Virus record (IMG/VR): IMGVR_UViG_3300009081_000009
Span: 64,001 to 128,000 of that record
Direction: 5' to 3' (one strand)
Length of the DNA: 64,000 bases
From: a virus
The notes beneath the pieces were generated by a model that saw only the letters and a list, made by a program, of their open reading frames with translations, ran no database searches and was not told the DNA's origin. Made by a program: the position numbers and the translations under genes. Shown here one piece after another: positions 31,380 through 40,214 of this stretch (its first letter is position 1; every line of letters begins with the position of its first letter).

Positions 31380-32480
31380 TTAATGTTTAAATGCGTTAAG
31401 TTTATCGCCTTTTCTTGTATTTTCTTTTGTTTTTTGTTTTTCTAATTCGCGTATTTTTTTCTTGATTTCTCGATCACGTAATTTATTTTTATCTCTAATT
31501 GCTTGTCTGATTTGTTTATTACGATCTCTTCTAAATTCAGAAACATTACCATTTTCAATAAATTCAGGCACATTATCAATTACTTTACTTACTTTTACTT
31601 CTTCATCATTAAATGTATTAATAGCATTTTTACGTTGGTTAGTATTTTCTCTATCTGATTTTATTTCCTCGTCAATCTCATCCCAAATTCCATACATCAT
31701 CTGAAAATTCTGTTTTATATATTTAACTAATGCGCCACCAGTAAGTGGAGTCTTTATAACATCACCATTAGGAACATATCTATCTCCCTTCCATGCCTTA
31801 CCTTCAACAAATACAGGATCTATGATAAATCTACCATCTGATGCAATTCTAACTAATGTCATATGTTTGCAATTAGCAGCCCAATTAATGCATTTACTGC
31901 GTCTAGTACCTGCATCATCATAAAATAATTTTATAGTATCAGGACACTGAAACACAACACCCCAATAGTATGTTCTGGTATCTTGAGGCATTATCTTTTC
32001 TAGTGGTTGTGTGAATAAATATCCATTACGTCTACCACCAACTTCTTCCGGTTTTGAATTGGTATCTAATTTCCAGAATGAATTAATATTCGGATTTCCG
32101 TGATATAATTGAGTTTCTGCTATCTCTCTCGCTTCTACTTCCGATTTCATTAAATCAACGTACCATTCATCCTCATCTACCATCATTGGATCTGATGTGT
32201 GGTAGAATATGTTCAAAGTTCCATTAACAAATTCAATCCAATCTTTATCTTCTATGGTTTGGAAGTTAAAGCTGTTAAACCACGTTTCATAGGCATTTTG
32301 AGCCTCTACAGGCAGCTCTTCTACAGTAAACATAGAATCGAATTGCTTTGATACATAACCGCTTTCACGGCACTTAAAAGCCACCCAGAAATCGAGAACG
32401 ATATCTTTATGATCTTTCCAGTTAATTCCATCCGTGATATAATTAACTAAACGAATTCCTGCTAACTTGACTGCTTTCAT
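31380..32480 (-). CDS. Hypothetical late protein (probable start 32480)
   Basis: Late motif at 32505-32513 lies inside the longer ORF call, implying the downstream ATG. Confidence 0.65.
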   Translation of the reverse strand: MKAVKLAGIRLVNYITDGINWKDHKDIVLDFWVAFKCRESGYVSKQFDSMFTVEELPVEAQNAYETWFNSFNFQTIEDKDWIEFVNGTLNIFYHTSDPMMVDEDEWYVDLMKSEVEAREIAETQLYHGNPNINSFWKLDTNSKPEEVGGRRNGYLFTQPLEKIMPQDTRTYYWGVVFQCPDTIKLFYDDAGTRRSKCINWAANCKHMTLVRIASDGRFIIDPVFVEGKAWKGDRYVPNGDVIKTPLTGGALVKYIKQNFQMMYGIWDEIDEEIKSDRENTNQRKNAINTFNDEEVKVSKVIDNVPEFIENGNVSEFRRDRNKQIRQAIRDKNKLRDREIKKKIRELEKQKTKENTRKGDKLNAFKH

Positions 32481-32562
32481 AGTTTTATTCTTATTTTCTA
32501 TTACTAGTTTATAAAAAAGTTCTGACAGTTTCATAGTTTTTACGTATATTTGGTATACACAA

Positions 32563-33114
32563 ATGATAATAGGAGCTAATATGCTACGTAAAGATGGTTT
32601 TAAAGGTGTTATGACGAAACATGCGTTCGGTGTGAATCGAGATAATGTATTCGTTGGAGTTGATATTAAACACGTATCTAACAGTCCAGATCAGTATTTC
32701 TTGGAATCCTTTGAAAAGGAAGCAAAGATCCCAAATCTCCAAAATCTATTTGAAACACCAGTTGCTTGGAGCAATCAGAAATTCAAGTTGGTTGAGTATC
32801 CTCTATTTTATGAAATTGAATTCGATGAAATCGTATTCGTTGCTCGACTAGTGACACTGAATGTTGCTAGAAAAATAAAGGATGGAATCGATATATTCGA
32901 ATATACTCTTGGTTTCCGTAAAGATGTAGAAGGTGATAATAAAGATGCTATCGCAGCTAAGAAGTATTTGAAATATAAAGAAGAAAATGAAGATGGTAAG
33001 AAAGTCTTGATTGAATTCGATGTGAAATTGACTCCAGCCGAGGAGCCAGCAGTCACAACAAGATCTGCTATAACTGATGAGAAAGATACATCCGATAAAG
33101 AATCAATGTTTTAA
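32563..33114 (+). CDS. Hypothetical protein
   Basis: ORF track; SD GGAG before ATG 32581. Confidence 0.65.
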   Translation: MIIGANMLRKDGFKGVMTKHAFGVNRDNVFVGVDIKHVSNSPDQYFLESFEKEAKIPNLQNLFETPVAWSNQKFKLVEYPLFYEIEFDEIVFVARLVTLNVARKIKDGIDIFEYTLGFRKDVEGDNKDAIAAKKYLKYKEENEDGKKVLIEFDVKLTPAEEPAVTTRSAITDEKDTSDKESMF

Positions 33115-33126
33115 TGGATACCTTCT

Positions 33127-33633
33127 GTGATTGAACGCGAAACATTACGCGAGTTTTCAGTAACATGTAAAACTAAGCGAAACGATACATATGTCATTCA
33201 ATATGGATATGATGTATCGGTTTCTGGATGTGATTATTATGTAAGAGCATCCATTAATGGAGAGTCGTTCAATTCAGATAGAGATACATTAGATAAAATT
33301 TGTAGATTACATATCCAACCAATCAATGAATTGATCTCATTGATTGGCTGTGATGAAACTGGAATATCAGTCGATCATAACCCAAGCATAAAGTTAACTA
33401 AAACATACAGACTCGATAAATTAACCTCACTTCGAGCAACTATACAGTCTCTACGGAAATTATACTATAGAGGAATTGATATAGGAAGTACTCATTACGT
33501 GGTAAAATTCGAAGGATACTTGAAACATATTCATTATCCTTCATATTATAAGCGTGATATGGATATGCTTAGATCATCCCGTATCCGATTATTTAAGACT
33601 GTTTTGCATAAAGATTACATTCCATTAAAATAA
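33127..33633 (+). CDS. Hypothetical protein
   Basis: ORF track. Confidence 0.55.
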   Translation: MIERETLREFSVTCKTKRNDTYVIQYGYDVSVSGCDYYVRASINGESFNSDRDTLDKICRLHIQPINELISLIGCDETGISVDHNPSIKLTKTYRLDKLTSLRATIQSLRKLYYRGIDIGSTHYVVKFEGYLKHIHYPSYYKRDMDMLRSSRIRLFKTVLHKDYIPLK

Positions 33634-33635
33634 AC

Positions 33636-34334
33636 TCAGTGCCACTCTCTGTAACTTGGAATCATTGATTGATTTTTCTTTGTATGCCATACATGATTCA
33701 AATCAAAGTTCAATTCCTTTGTATTAGTAACTTCGCTTTTTGGAACCGATACATGAAAGAAAAATACAGCACTCTGGATCGATTTCCCTCTCAATTCTAA
33801 TACCTTCCCATTGAATGTAGCACGTAGTGGCTTTGTAGTGAACTTATTAAATGTGAGAGTGAAAAACACACCCTTATTATCATTACTTAGAGATGCACCG
33901 TAGTCGCTTCCCATTACAATATAAGCTACTGTGTCACTATTGATATCATGACCAATGCTATGTGTGAGATCAGTCCAATACAATTTCAAGTCGGGATACT
34001 TAGAATTAATAGCCGAATCTACTTGATTGCTATGCGTATCCATAAACGCCTGATGGGTTACGATGAAATTTTTGAAATTCTGTTTAATGATACGTTCATC
34101 ACATGAAACCTTAAATCCAATATCAACAATCAATGAATCATCATAATAGGTGCTATCGATTGCATAGGTCTGTTCGGGTGTAACTTCACACCAGTTGAGT
34201 GGCTGATCAATAAATACCGATATATCACGCATGAAAGTTGACATATCAGCAGATTCACTTTTATTAGATGAAACCTTAAAGGTAGCACCGCTAACAGAAT
34301 GAATCAGAACCAATAGCATAATTACATATTTCAT
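33636..34334 (-). CDS. Hypothetical secreted protein
   Basis: Signal-peptide-like N-terminus; SD AAGGAG. Confidence 0.65.
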   Translation of the reverse strand: MKYVIMLLVLIHSVSGATFKVSSNKSESADMSTFMRDISVFIDQPLNWCEVTPEQTYAIDSTYYDDSLIVDIGFKVSCDERIIKQNFKNFIVTHQAFMDTHSNQVDSAINSKYPDLKLYWTDLTHSIGHDINSDTVAYIVMGSDYGASLSNDNKGVFFTLTFNKFTTKPLRATFNGKVLELRGKSIQSAVFFFHVSVPKSEVTNTKELNFDLNHVWHTKKNQSMIPSYREWH

Positions 34335-34382
34335 AGAAACTCCTTCTTTCTACTAATATAGTAATTAACTTGTATTTTGTCA

Positions 34383-34688
34383 TTAGAAAAAGTTAATTGA
34401 TTTATTTTTAGCCTTTTTGATTAATTTTAGGCTTATTTTTGGAACTTTTTTAGTTTTTATGCGTGATGGATGCACCAAACCAGACAGCTTTTCTTTAAAT
34501 TCTGTTTTGGTATCTTGAGGTTGGTCAATTACGGTGGACTCTGGAATCATGTCAGGCAACTCTATCGACTCTGATGTGTCTTCTTGTGCTCGATATGTAC
34601 TTTTCTTATAACTCTTTTTCGTAGAGTCGTTTGATGGTTTTATTTCGAACATTTCGTTGGTTTCATTATTTGCAGTCATATATAACAA
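34383..34688 (-). CDS. Hypothetical protein
   Basis: ORF track; TATAAACTC variant at 34701-34709. Confidence 0.55.
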   Translation of the reverse strand: MLYMTANNETNEMFEIKPSNDSTKKSYKKSTYRAQEDTSESIELPDMIPESTVIDQPQDTKTEFKEKLSGLVHPSRIKTKKVPKISLKLIKKAKNKSINFF

Positions 34689-34734
34689 TCCTATTATTTA
34701 GAGTTTATAAAACTCGATAATTGAATTGAAGTAT

Positions 34735-35181
34735 TTACTCGAATAGTGGTTTCAGTGACTTAAAAACTAATCGATGTGCCTGTACTCGGTTTGCCCATAT
34801 GAACATATCTAATTCTGGTTTACCTTCCATTTCAGGCATATTTGGATTATGTATTAACGATTGACACTTGAAATCTAAATTTGTGAATTTACTATCAACA
34901 TCAATTAATGAATATACTTTAATCGTTTTATGTTTTATGGTTACTGTATAAATCAATTCAGATTTAGATACATCATAATAATCACGTACATCAATCCCAG
35001 TCTCTTCCATAGTCTCACGAATGGCTGCTTCTAATTCGGTTTCGTTAGCATCCATTACTCCTTTAGGAATTGACCATATAGAATCGTGTGGATTGAATAT
35101 ATAACTAGGTGGTTGTGTTGTGTGTCCTAGTAGATATAAACCATTTGACTGTATTAGAAATCCACATGAAATCACTTTCAT
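34735..35181 (-). CDS. Nudix hydrolase
   Basis: WSIPKG....ETELEAAIRETMEETG. Confidence 0.93.
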   Translation of the reverse strand: MKVISCGFLIQSNGLYLLGHTTQPPSYIFNPHDSIWSIPKGVMDANETELEAAIRETMEETGIDVRDYYDVSKSELIYTVTIKHKTIKVYSLIDVDSKFTNLDFKCQSLIHNPNMPEMEGKPELDMFIWANRVQAHRLVFKSLKPLFE

Positions 35182-35531
35182 TTATTATCCATTGATTTTG
35201 GTTTATTACTAGATATAGAATGTAAAAATTCACTCTTTATGAATTCAGATATTGATATTTTTAATTCTAATTTATCCTTTAGAAATTGTGTGTGATCTTC
35301 AATAGATGGTAATGTATTAGATGATATCTTCTTTGATACAATCGACATTAATACTATAAGAATAAAACATAGAAATTTATTATCGCCATGATATGCGAAC
35401 AATTCATATATAGAAAAGCCAAATAATCCAATAGATAGAAATAAAAACAATGTACCCATTACGATATATACATTGTGATATTTCCATTTTACGTTAAATT
35501 CATTCAGCTTTTGTATTATTTTTTCGTGCAT
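35178..35531 (-). CDS. Small membrane protein (2 TM)
   Basis: Two hydrophobic helices. Confidence 0.6.
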   Translation of the reverse strand: MHEKIIQKLNEFNVKWKYHNVYIVMGTLFLFLSIGLFGFSIYELFAYHGDNKFLCFILIVLMSIVSKKISSNTLPSIEDHTQFLKDKLELKISISEFIKSEFLHSISSNKPKSMDNK

Positions 35532-35621
35532 ATTTTTTAGATAGATATGTTATTAATGGAATTATAGCCCACCCTAGTGGTATTATGCATACAAGTACTA
35601 TTAATATGATTTTATTTCGAT

Positions 35622-35840
35622 TTATCTGCATCGATATGTAATCCGACCATGCGATAAATCATATGGGGACAATTCTACTTGTACCTTATCATCAGGTAGA
35701 ATTTTGATTTGATTTGTTCTGATCTTTCCAGAGATGTGAGCAAGAACCATAGATCCATTTGCTAACTTTACTCCGAATGTTGCGTTGGGTCTGGCATCAA
35801 TAACTACACCTTCAACGACAATACCTTCTTCTTTTGCCAC
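35622..35840 (-). CDS. infA: Translation initiation factor IF-1
   Basis: [46 protein letters not shown]; own promoter 35876-35903. Confidence 0.97.
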   Translation of the reverse strand: MAKEEGIVVEGVVIDARPNATFGVKLANGSMVLAHISGKIRTNQIKILPDDKVQVELSPYDLSHGRITYRCR

Positions 35841-35917
35841 GTTTATCTCCTATAGATGGGGCTGCTTTTGTTTATAATATAGAATCTTTTTTAGATCTGT
35901 CAATGGAAAATTAACTA

Positions 35918-36130
35918 TTACTGCAATGATTCGCCATCCGAAGTACTCCACGCAGTTCCCTTCGATGGATTTCCTGTATGTGACTTTTTCAAATCAAATC
36001 CAATTTCTTGTTTGTTTTTGTTTTGATCTCTCTTGGCTTTCTTAATTACCCATATTTCATATGCAAGTGGATATGCACGTAAGCGTTTGCATTTTTCTAC
36101 GTATTGATTGTATTCTAATTCATATGCCAT
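35918..36130 (-). CDS. Hypothetical protein
   Basis: ORF track, tight operon packing. Confidence 0.55.
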   Translation of the reverse strand: MAYELEYNQYVEKCKRLRAYPLAYEIWVIKKAKRDQNKNKQEIGFDLKKSHTGNPSKGTAWSTSDGESLQ

Positions 36131-36132
36131 AC

Positions 36133-36423
36133 TTATATAGTCCTTAGTATATCGTTAATGTGATCTTCTAAATATACATAATCTCCATGAAAACGTATTA
36201 TAGTTCCGTTATATTTCATAAAAAAAGGGTTATTATTATACTTTCTATCAATCTCGCCATATAACCCATCATCTGACATTTTTATACTAAATAACTCATC
36301 CGAGTATTCTAATCCACTCGTTTCCTTTCCCATTATGTACATGCTGTCATGATGAATTCCACTATGATTTAATATACGAATGACATTTTCTAAAAACATG
36401 TTACTATCGATATGTATAATCAT
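36133..36423 (-). CDS. Hypothetical protein
   Basis: ORF track, tight operon packing. Confidence 0.55.
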   Translation of the reverse strand: MIIHIDSNMFLENVIRILNHSGIHHDSMYIMGKETSGLEYSDELFSIKMSDDGLYGEIDRKYNNNPFFMKYNGTIIRFHGDYVYLEDHINDILRTI

Positions 36424-36686
36424 AATAATTCATCCGCTATCTGTTGTGTTCGTAATTCAACTAATACGTCACCGTGACATGGCAATGGTTTACATGAACA
36501 TCCTAACCGCTTACCATCAAGCTCATGCAATGATGCTATAAGTTCGGGTTGGGTTAATATCCATTCTTTATACTTCTTTATGGATTCAGTTCTTGTGTAG
36601 GTATCTGCCTTAAAAGGATTACCCCATTTACTGGGGCGACCTATATGTACATCATATTCTTCTTTGTGTAAATTTACAACAATCAT
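36420..36686 (-). CDS. DUF4326 protein
   Basis: HIGRPSKWGNPF..LGCSCKPLPCHGDVL. Confidence 0.9.
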   Translation of the reverse strand: MIVVNLHKEEYDVHIGRPSKWGNPFKADTYTRTESIKKYKEWILTQPELIASLHELDGKRLGCSCKPLPCHGDVLVELRTQQIADELL

Positions 36687-36687
36687 A

Positions 36688-37815
36688 TTATGTCTTTTCT
36701 ACGTATTGATCCCCAACTCTATCATATATTTTATCACCGATTTTAACTTCACCTGATAGACTGTCGGTTTGTTCTACTACAGTTTCAGTTGCAGGGAATT
36801 CTAAAATCTCAACAACATGACTAATGTGTTCCTGTTGGATACTCATATTAGATTTAACTGTAATACTCTCATTTGGATACTCCCAATTTTCTGGTAATGT
36901 ATCTGATTTAGTATTGATACTTTTATTTGATGCATCGCTTATAATAACAGATCCCATGCAATCTTTCTCGACCTCAACAGATCTACCAGTGTCAGGTATT
37001 GTTGAACGTATAGTATCATTTAAAGGTTTAGCTTCTTGAAGCATGGACTCAACTGTTGATAAATTACTTATAACATCGGCTACTTCATTACTATCGCGCT
37101 CTGCTTCTGTAGGTTCTTTAATGGCTTCAATTGGATCTGGTTTGGTTTCTTGTGGTGGTTCCTTTACCGGAGTTTTTTCCCATGGATATACATCTGGTGT
37201 TTTTGGTTTTATATTTAATCCCGGAACCTTTATACCATCTTCTGATGGTTCAAATGACATTCCATCAGGCAAGACATATTCATCATAATGTCCATGATTA
37301 ATTTTCTTTAATGGTATTTCAATTGGATTATTATATTTATCGACTCCCATGATTACACAACCGCCTAGCTCTTTATAGTGATTATGAATCTCTTCCTGCT
37401 TATATCGTTCAACGCAATTTTCTTTGTATGCGTTCTGTTCTATTCGCGTAACATATTTATTTATTAGTTTGTTTTTATGTCGTTTGGATCTAAGCCACAA
37501 ATAAATGCGCTCAGAAATAGGTGAACTTTTTTTGTATGCATTGAGTACATCAAACATAGTATCAATTTTAAGTGGTGCTGGATTTAATGTAAATGATGTA
37601 TCTGAATTAATTTTAAATTTTAATTTCTTTAATTCTTTGGCTAATTTACCTGTAAATTCCAGTTTTAAATCAATCTTTTCGCCTGATGGTGTTCTTATTG
37701 TTTTAATTGTTGATAAATTTCCGTCTGCATCAAGTCGTAATGCCGATACTGGTGTTGATTCGTGTTGTTTCCATATACCAAGTTCATCTGGTGCTAATCG
37801 CATATAAGTATCCAT
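36688..37815 (-). CDS. Hypothetical protein
   Basis: ORF track. Confidence 0.65.
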   Translation of the reverse strand: MDTYMRLAPDELGIWKQHESTPVSALRLDADGNLSTIKTIRTPSGEKIDLKLEFTGKLAKELKKLKFKINSDTSFTLNPAPLKIDTMFDVLNAYKKSSPISERIYLWLRSKRHKNKLINKYVTRIEQNAYKENCVERYKQEEIHNHYKELGGCVIMGVDKYNNPIEIPLKKINHGHYDEYVLPDGMSFEPSEDGIKVPGLNIKPKTPDVYPWEKTPVKEPPQETKPDPIEAIKEPTEAERDSNEVADVISNLSTVESMLQEAKPLNDTIRSTIPDTGRSVEVEKDCMGSVIISDASNKSINTKSDTLPENWEYPNESITVKSNMSIQQEHISHVVEILEFPATETVVEQTDSLSGEVKIGDKIYDRVGDQYVEKT

Positions 37816-37847
37816 ATTTAAATATGAGATAAATATACATTATTTTA

Positions 37848-37922
37848 TCCCGCTAGTTGGAATTCGAATCCAAATCACCGCATTCACAGTGCGGAGCACT
37901 AACCAATTATGCTACTACGGGG
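37848..37922 (-). tRNA. Atypical tRNA, anticodon GTG (His), bulged acceptor stem
   Basis: CCGCA-CTGTGAA-TGCGG arm, TTCGAAT loop; no G-1:C73. Confidence 0.55.
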
Positions 37923-37928
37923 ATGATA

Positions 37929-38003
37929 AGATGAAGGGGGGACTCGAACCCAACCAATGGGCAGTTTTGCAGACTGCTGCTTTACCAATTTAGCTACATC
38001 ATC
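37929..38003 (-). tRNA. tRNA-Cys(GCA)
   Basis: GCAGT-CTGCAAA-ACTGC; U73. Confidence 0.75.
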
Positions 38004-38007
38004 ATAG

Positions 38008-38107
38008 TGACGGAGGTGGGATTCGAACCAAATTCCCAAGGAGCGACCTCGGAATCACATCTTTCTGGATTAACTCCAGTTGCCTCTACCAATTGGGCTA
38101 CACCGAC
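38008..38107 (-). tRNA. tRNA-like element with 26-nt hairpin insertion in the T stem; anticodon undetermined
   Basis: D arm and T loop intact; anticodon loop AGTTAAT; two acceptor mismatches. Confidence 0.5.
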
Positions 38108-38114
38108 ATATTTA

Positions 38115-38205
38115 CGGAGATGGAAGGACTCGAACCCTCACGCCAGCATACGCCAGCCACTGTTTTCCAGACAGGATGCGTTACCAGTTACGCATTAACA
38201 TCTCC
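38115..38205 (-). tRNA. tRNA-Ser(GGA)
   Basis: CTGT-CTGGAAA-ACAG, long variable arm, G73. Confidence 0.85.
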
Positions 38206-38210
38206 ATTAG

Positions 38211-38294
38211 AAGAGAGTATGGGACTCGAACCCATAAGAGGCTTTCGCCTCGCAAGTTTAGCAAACTTGTGCCTTACCATTAGGCTAACTCTCC
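38211..38294 (-). tRNA. tRNA-Ser(GCT)
   Basis: CAAGT-TTGCTAA-ACTTG, long variable arm. Confidence 0.88.
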
Positions 38295-38298
38295 ATAG

Positions 38299-38381
38299 GG
38301 TGAAGAACGGGACTTGAACCCGCAAACCTTTCGGCACAGGAATCACAATCCTGCATGTTTACCAATTCCATCATCTTCACC
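38299..38381 (-). tRNA. tRNA-His(GTG) with long variable arm
   Basis: G-1:C73, CAGGA-TTGTGAT-TCCTG, variable arm GCCGAAAGGT. Confidence 0.85.
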
Positions 38382-38388
38382 ATGATTA

Positions 38389-38601
38389 TTAATTCGAAAT
38401 ATCAGTATTCAACACATCCATGTGATTACTAAAATATTTCTCAATCCATTCATACTTAAATTTCCAATAATTTACTTCACTTTGTAAGGCCGATAATTTG
38501 ATATTATCTGTTACAACAATTGGATCATTATCATTAGCATTGGATTTTGACATCTTTCTGCCTTCTTCTCTATATTCAGAACCCGTCTTTATTGGTTCCA
38601 T
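38389..38601 (-). CDS. Hypothetical protein inside tRNA array
   Basis: SD GGAGG. Confidence 0.65.
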   Translation of the reverse strand: MEPIKTGSEYREEGRKMSKSNANDNDPIVVTDNIKLSALQSEVNYWKFKYEWIEKYFSNHMDVLNTDISN

Positions 38602-38618
38602 TTTTCCTCCATTGATTA

Positions 38619-38692
38619 AGCTCTCGACAGGATTCGAACCTGCATATGACTGTTTTGCAGACAGTTGCCTTATCCATTTTGGCTACGAGAGC
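38619..38692 (-). tRNA. tRNA-Cys(GCA)
   Basis: ACTGT-CTGCAAA-ACAGT; U73. Confidence 0.9.
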
Positions 38693-38701
38693 ATGTTAAA
38701 G

Positions 38702-38878
38702 TTATTTATATTGTTTGTCTCTATAATGTTTCCAGTTGCGTTGGTAGTAATCACGGTGTCTATTACACCCACGATTAGCACCGCAACGTTCACATTTGAA
38801 ACTATATTGTAAAAGTCTACGATAAACATATGAGTTTGTTGTAGCTTTCATTTCCTGTTTTTCTATTGTTTTCTTCAT
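38702..38878 (-). CDS. Small basic Cys-rich protein (58 aa, not in ORF track)
   Basis: MKKTIEK...CERCGANRGCNRH...RNWKHYRDKQYK; SD AAGGA. Confidence 0.7.
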   Translation of the reverse strand: MKKTIEKQEMKATTNSYVYRRLLQYSFKCERCGANRGCNRHRDYYQRNWKHYRDKQYK

Positions 38879-38949
38879 GAATTAGATCCTTGTTAAAGTA
38901 CCTAATTCTCCATCGATGTATACATCATTAATCCTTGTTAAATTGTTAG

Positions 38950-39032
38950 CAGAAGATGAGGGACTCGAACCCCCAAGCCCTTTCGGACGACTGTTTAGTA
39001 GACAGCTACCTTACCAATTAGGTTAATCTTCC
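38950..39032 (-). tRNA. tRNA-Ser(ACT), A34
   Basis: GCTGT-CTACTAA-ACAGT, long variable arm, G73. Confidence 0.85.
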
Positions 39033-39150
39033 ATATAAAATTCGTCATCTATAACTTAACTTTATTAGTTAATGATCACTTACCAATAAAGCCTATACAT
39101 TAATGATCAGATGACTAATCAAACTTCTCGTTGTATATACTGCACAAAAA

Positions 39151-39222
39151 CAGGCTCACTAGGATTCGAACCCAGAACTTCGGATTTGGAGTCCAACCAT
39201 GTTACCGTTACACCATGAGCCT
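39151..39222 (-). tRNA. tRNA-Trp(CCA)
   Basis: TTGGA-CTCCAAA-TCCGA; A1:U72, G73. Confidence 0.9.
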
Positions 39223-39226
39223 ATAA

Positions 39227-39309
39227 AATTAATAGAAGGCTTCGAACCTTCATGCTTTCGCTCCGGGTCGTATACAACCCAGTATGTCTGCCAGTTCCAT
39301 CATATTAAT
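39227..39309 (-). tRNA. Atypical type II tRNA with enlarged anticodon loop (GTA-containing)
   Basis: All-AT acceptor stem, CTGGG-TTGTATACGA-CCCGG arm. Confidence 0.55.
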
Positions 39310-39310
39310 A

Positions 39311-39393
39311 TGCCTATGGGGAGACTTGAACTCCCACGCCATTGCTGGCAACAGCTTCTAAGGCTGCCGTGTCTACCATTCCACCACAGAGGC
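39311..39393 (-). tRNA. tRNA-Leu(TAG)
   Basis: GCAGC-CTTAGAA-GCTGT, long variable arm, A73. Confidence 0.9.
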
Positions 39394-39407
39394 TTAATTC
39401 TTACTTA

Positions 39408-39491
39408 TGCCGAGAGAGAGACTTGAACTCTCACGTCCTTACGGACACTGGCTTCTTAGACCAGCGTGTCTACCAGTTCCACCATCACGGC
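39408..39491 (-). tRNA. tRNA-Leu(AAG), A34
   Basis: CTGGT-CTAAGAA-GCCAG, long variable arm, A73. Confidence 0.88.
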
Positions 39492-39505
39492 TTATTTAAA
39501 GATTA

Positions 39506-39587
39506 CGGAAGCGGAGGGACTCGAACCCCCAAGCCCTTTCGGGCGGTAGTTTTCAAGACTACTGACTTACCATTAGCCTACGCTTCC
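39506..39587 (-). tRNA. tRNA-Ser(TGA)
   Basis: GTAGT-CTTGAAA-ACTAC, G73. Confidence 0.92.
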
Positions 39588-39592
39588 ATTAG

Positions 39593-39675
39593 TACCAGAA
39601 GTGGGACTTGAACCCACACGAGCTTACACCCAAGGGATTTTAAGTCCCCATCGTCTACCATTCCGACATTCTGGC
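39593..39675 (-). tRNA. tRNA-Leu(TAA)
   Basis: GGGGA-CTTAAAA-TCCCT. Confidence 0.92.
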
Positions 39676-39685
39676 TCACATATAC

Positions 39686-39713
39686 AATATAGAATTTTTC
39701 GCGAATTAGTCAA
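39686..39713 (-). promoter_or_regulatory. Internal promoter TTGACT-16-TATATT within tRNA array
   Basis: Matches the phage's recurrent promoter pattern; 10 nt upstream of tRNA-Leu(TAA). Confidence 0.6.
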
Positions 39714-39724
39714 TTATTTTTTAG

Positions 39725-39808
39725 TACCGAAGGTGGGATTCGAACCCACACGGGCACGAAGCCCAATGAATTTTAAGTTCACCGTGTCTACCATTCCACC
39801 ACATCGGC
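39725..39808 (-). tRNA. tRNA-Leu(TAA)
   Basis: GTGAA-CTTAAAA-TTCAT. Confidence 0.92.
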
Positions 39809-39815
39809 ATATTAA

Positions 39816-39898
39816 AGGAGGATAGAGGAATCGAACCCCTAACTTTTACATTACCACTGAGTTCGAATCAGATTGCACACCATTGTGCAGTATCCTCC
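39816..39898 (-). tRNA. tRNA-Ser(CGA)
   Basis: CTGA-TTCGAAC-TCAG; GGAGG acceptor. Confidence 0.75.
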
Positions 39899-39903
39899 AT
39901 TAG

Positions 39904-39986
39904 TACCGAAGGTGGGACTTGAACCCACACGCCCTTTCGGGCAATAGATTTTGAATCTACCGTGTCTACCATTCCACCACATCGGC
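39904..39986 (-). tRNA. tRNA-Leu(CAA)
   Basis: GTAGA-TTCAAAA-TCTAT. Confidence 0.93.
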
Positions 39987-40045
39987 ATAAAATACAACAC
40001 CAGATTAACAATCAGCGAACATCCGCTAGGGATAATTCTAAATAC

Positions 40046-40075
40046 AAAAAGGGCGAGAACCTTACGATCCTCGCC
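40046..40075 (-). terminator. Attenuator terminator upstream of Leu/Ser/Trp/Cys/His tRNA array
   Basis: GGCGAGGATC-GTAA-GGTTCTCGCC-CTTTTT. Confidence 0.85.
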
Positions 40076-40099
40076 TATAATGTAAACTTAACTATTAGT

Positions 40100-40174
40100 T
40101 TACATATATCGAGGATATTCAGGGCTGGAGAGCCATGAACATAAACTTGATAGATGCAAACTGAGAGACTTCAT
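40100..40174 (-). CDS. Putative attenuator leader peptide MKSLSLHLSSLCSWLSSPEYPRYM
   Basis: SD AAAGG; 15 consecutive Ser/Leu/His/Cys/Trp codons; lies between promoter and terminator. Confidence 0.85.
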   Translation of the reverse strand: MKSLSLHLSSLCSWLSSPEYPRYM

Positions 40175-40214
40175 TTTATTACCTTTAGTTAAGTAGTTTC
40201 GTTTCTTACTATAC

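Noticed and set aside
38008-38107. Ochre suppressor tRNA or stop-codon reassignment
   Set aside because: Loop lacks U33 and stems are defective; core genes are intact in the standard code and end with TAA, TAG or TGA
39033-39150. Structured spacer (GTCATCT/AGATGAC inverted repeat, mini-ORF MYRLYW) as another attenuator
   Set aside because: No convincing SD or GC-rich terminator, and codons do not match the downstream tRNAs
38007-39825. Plus-strand ORFs over the tRNA array
   Set aside because: Antisense shadows of tRNA genes
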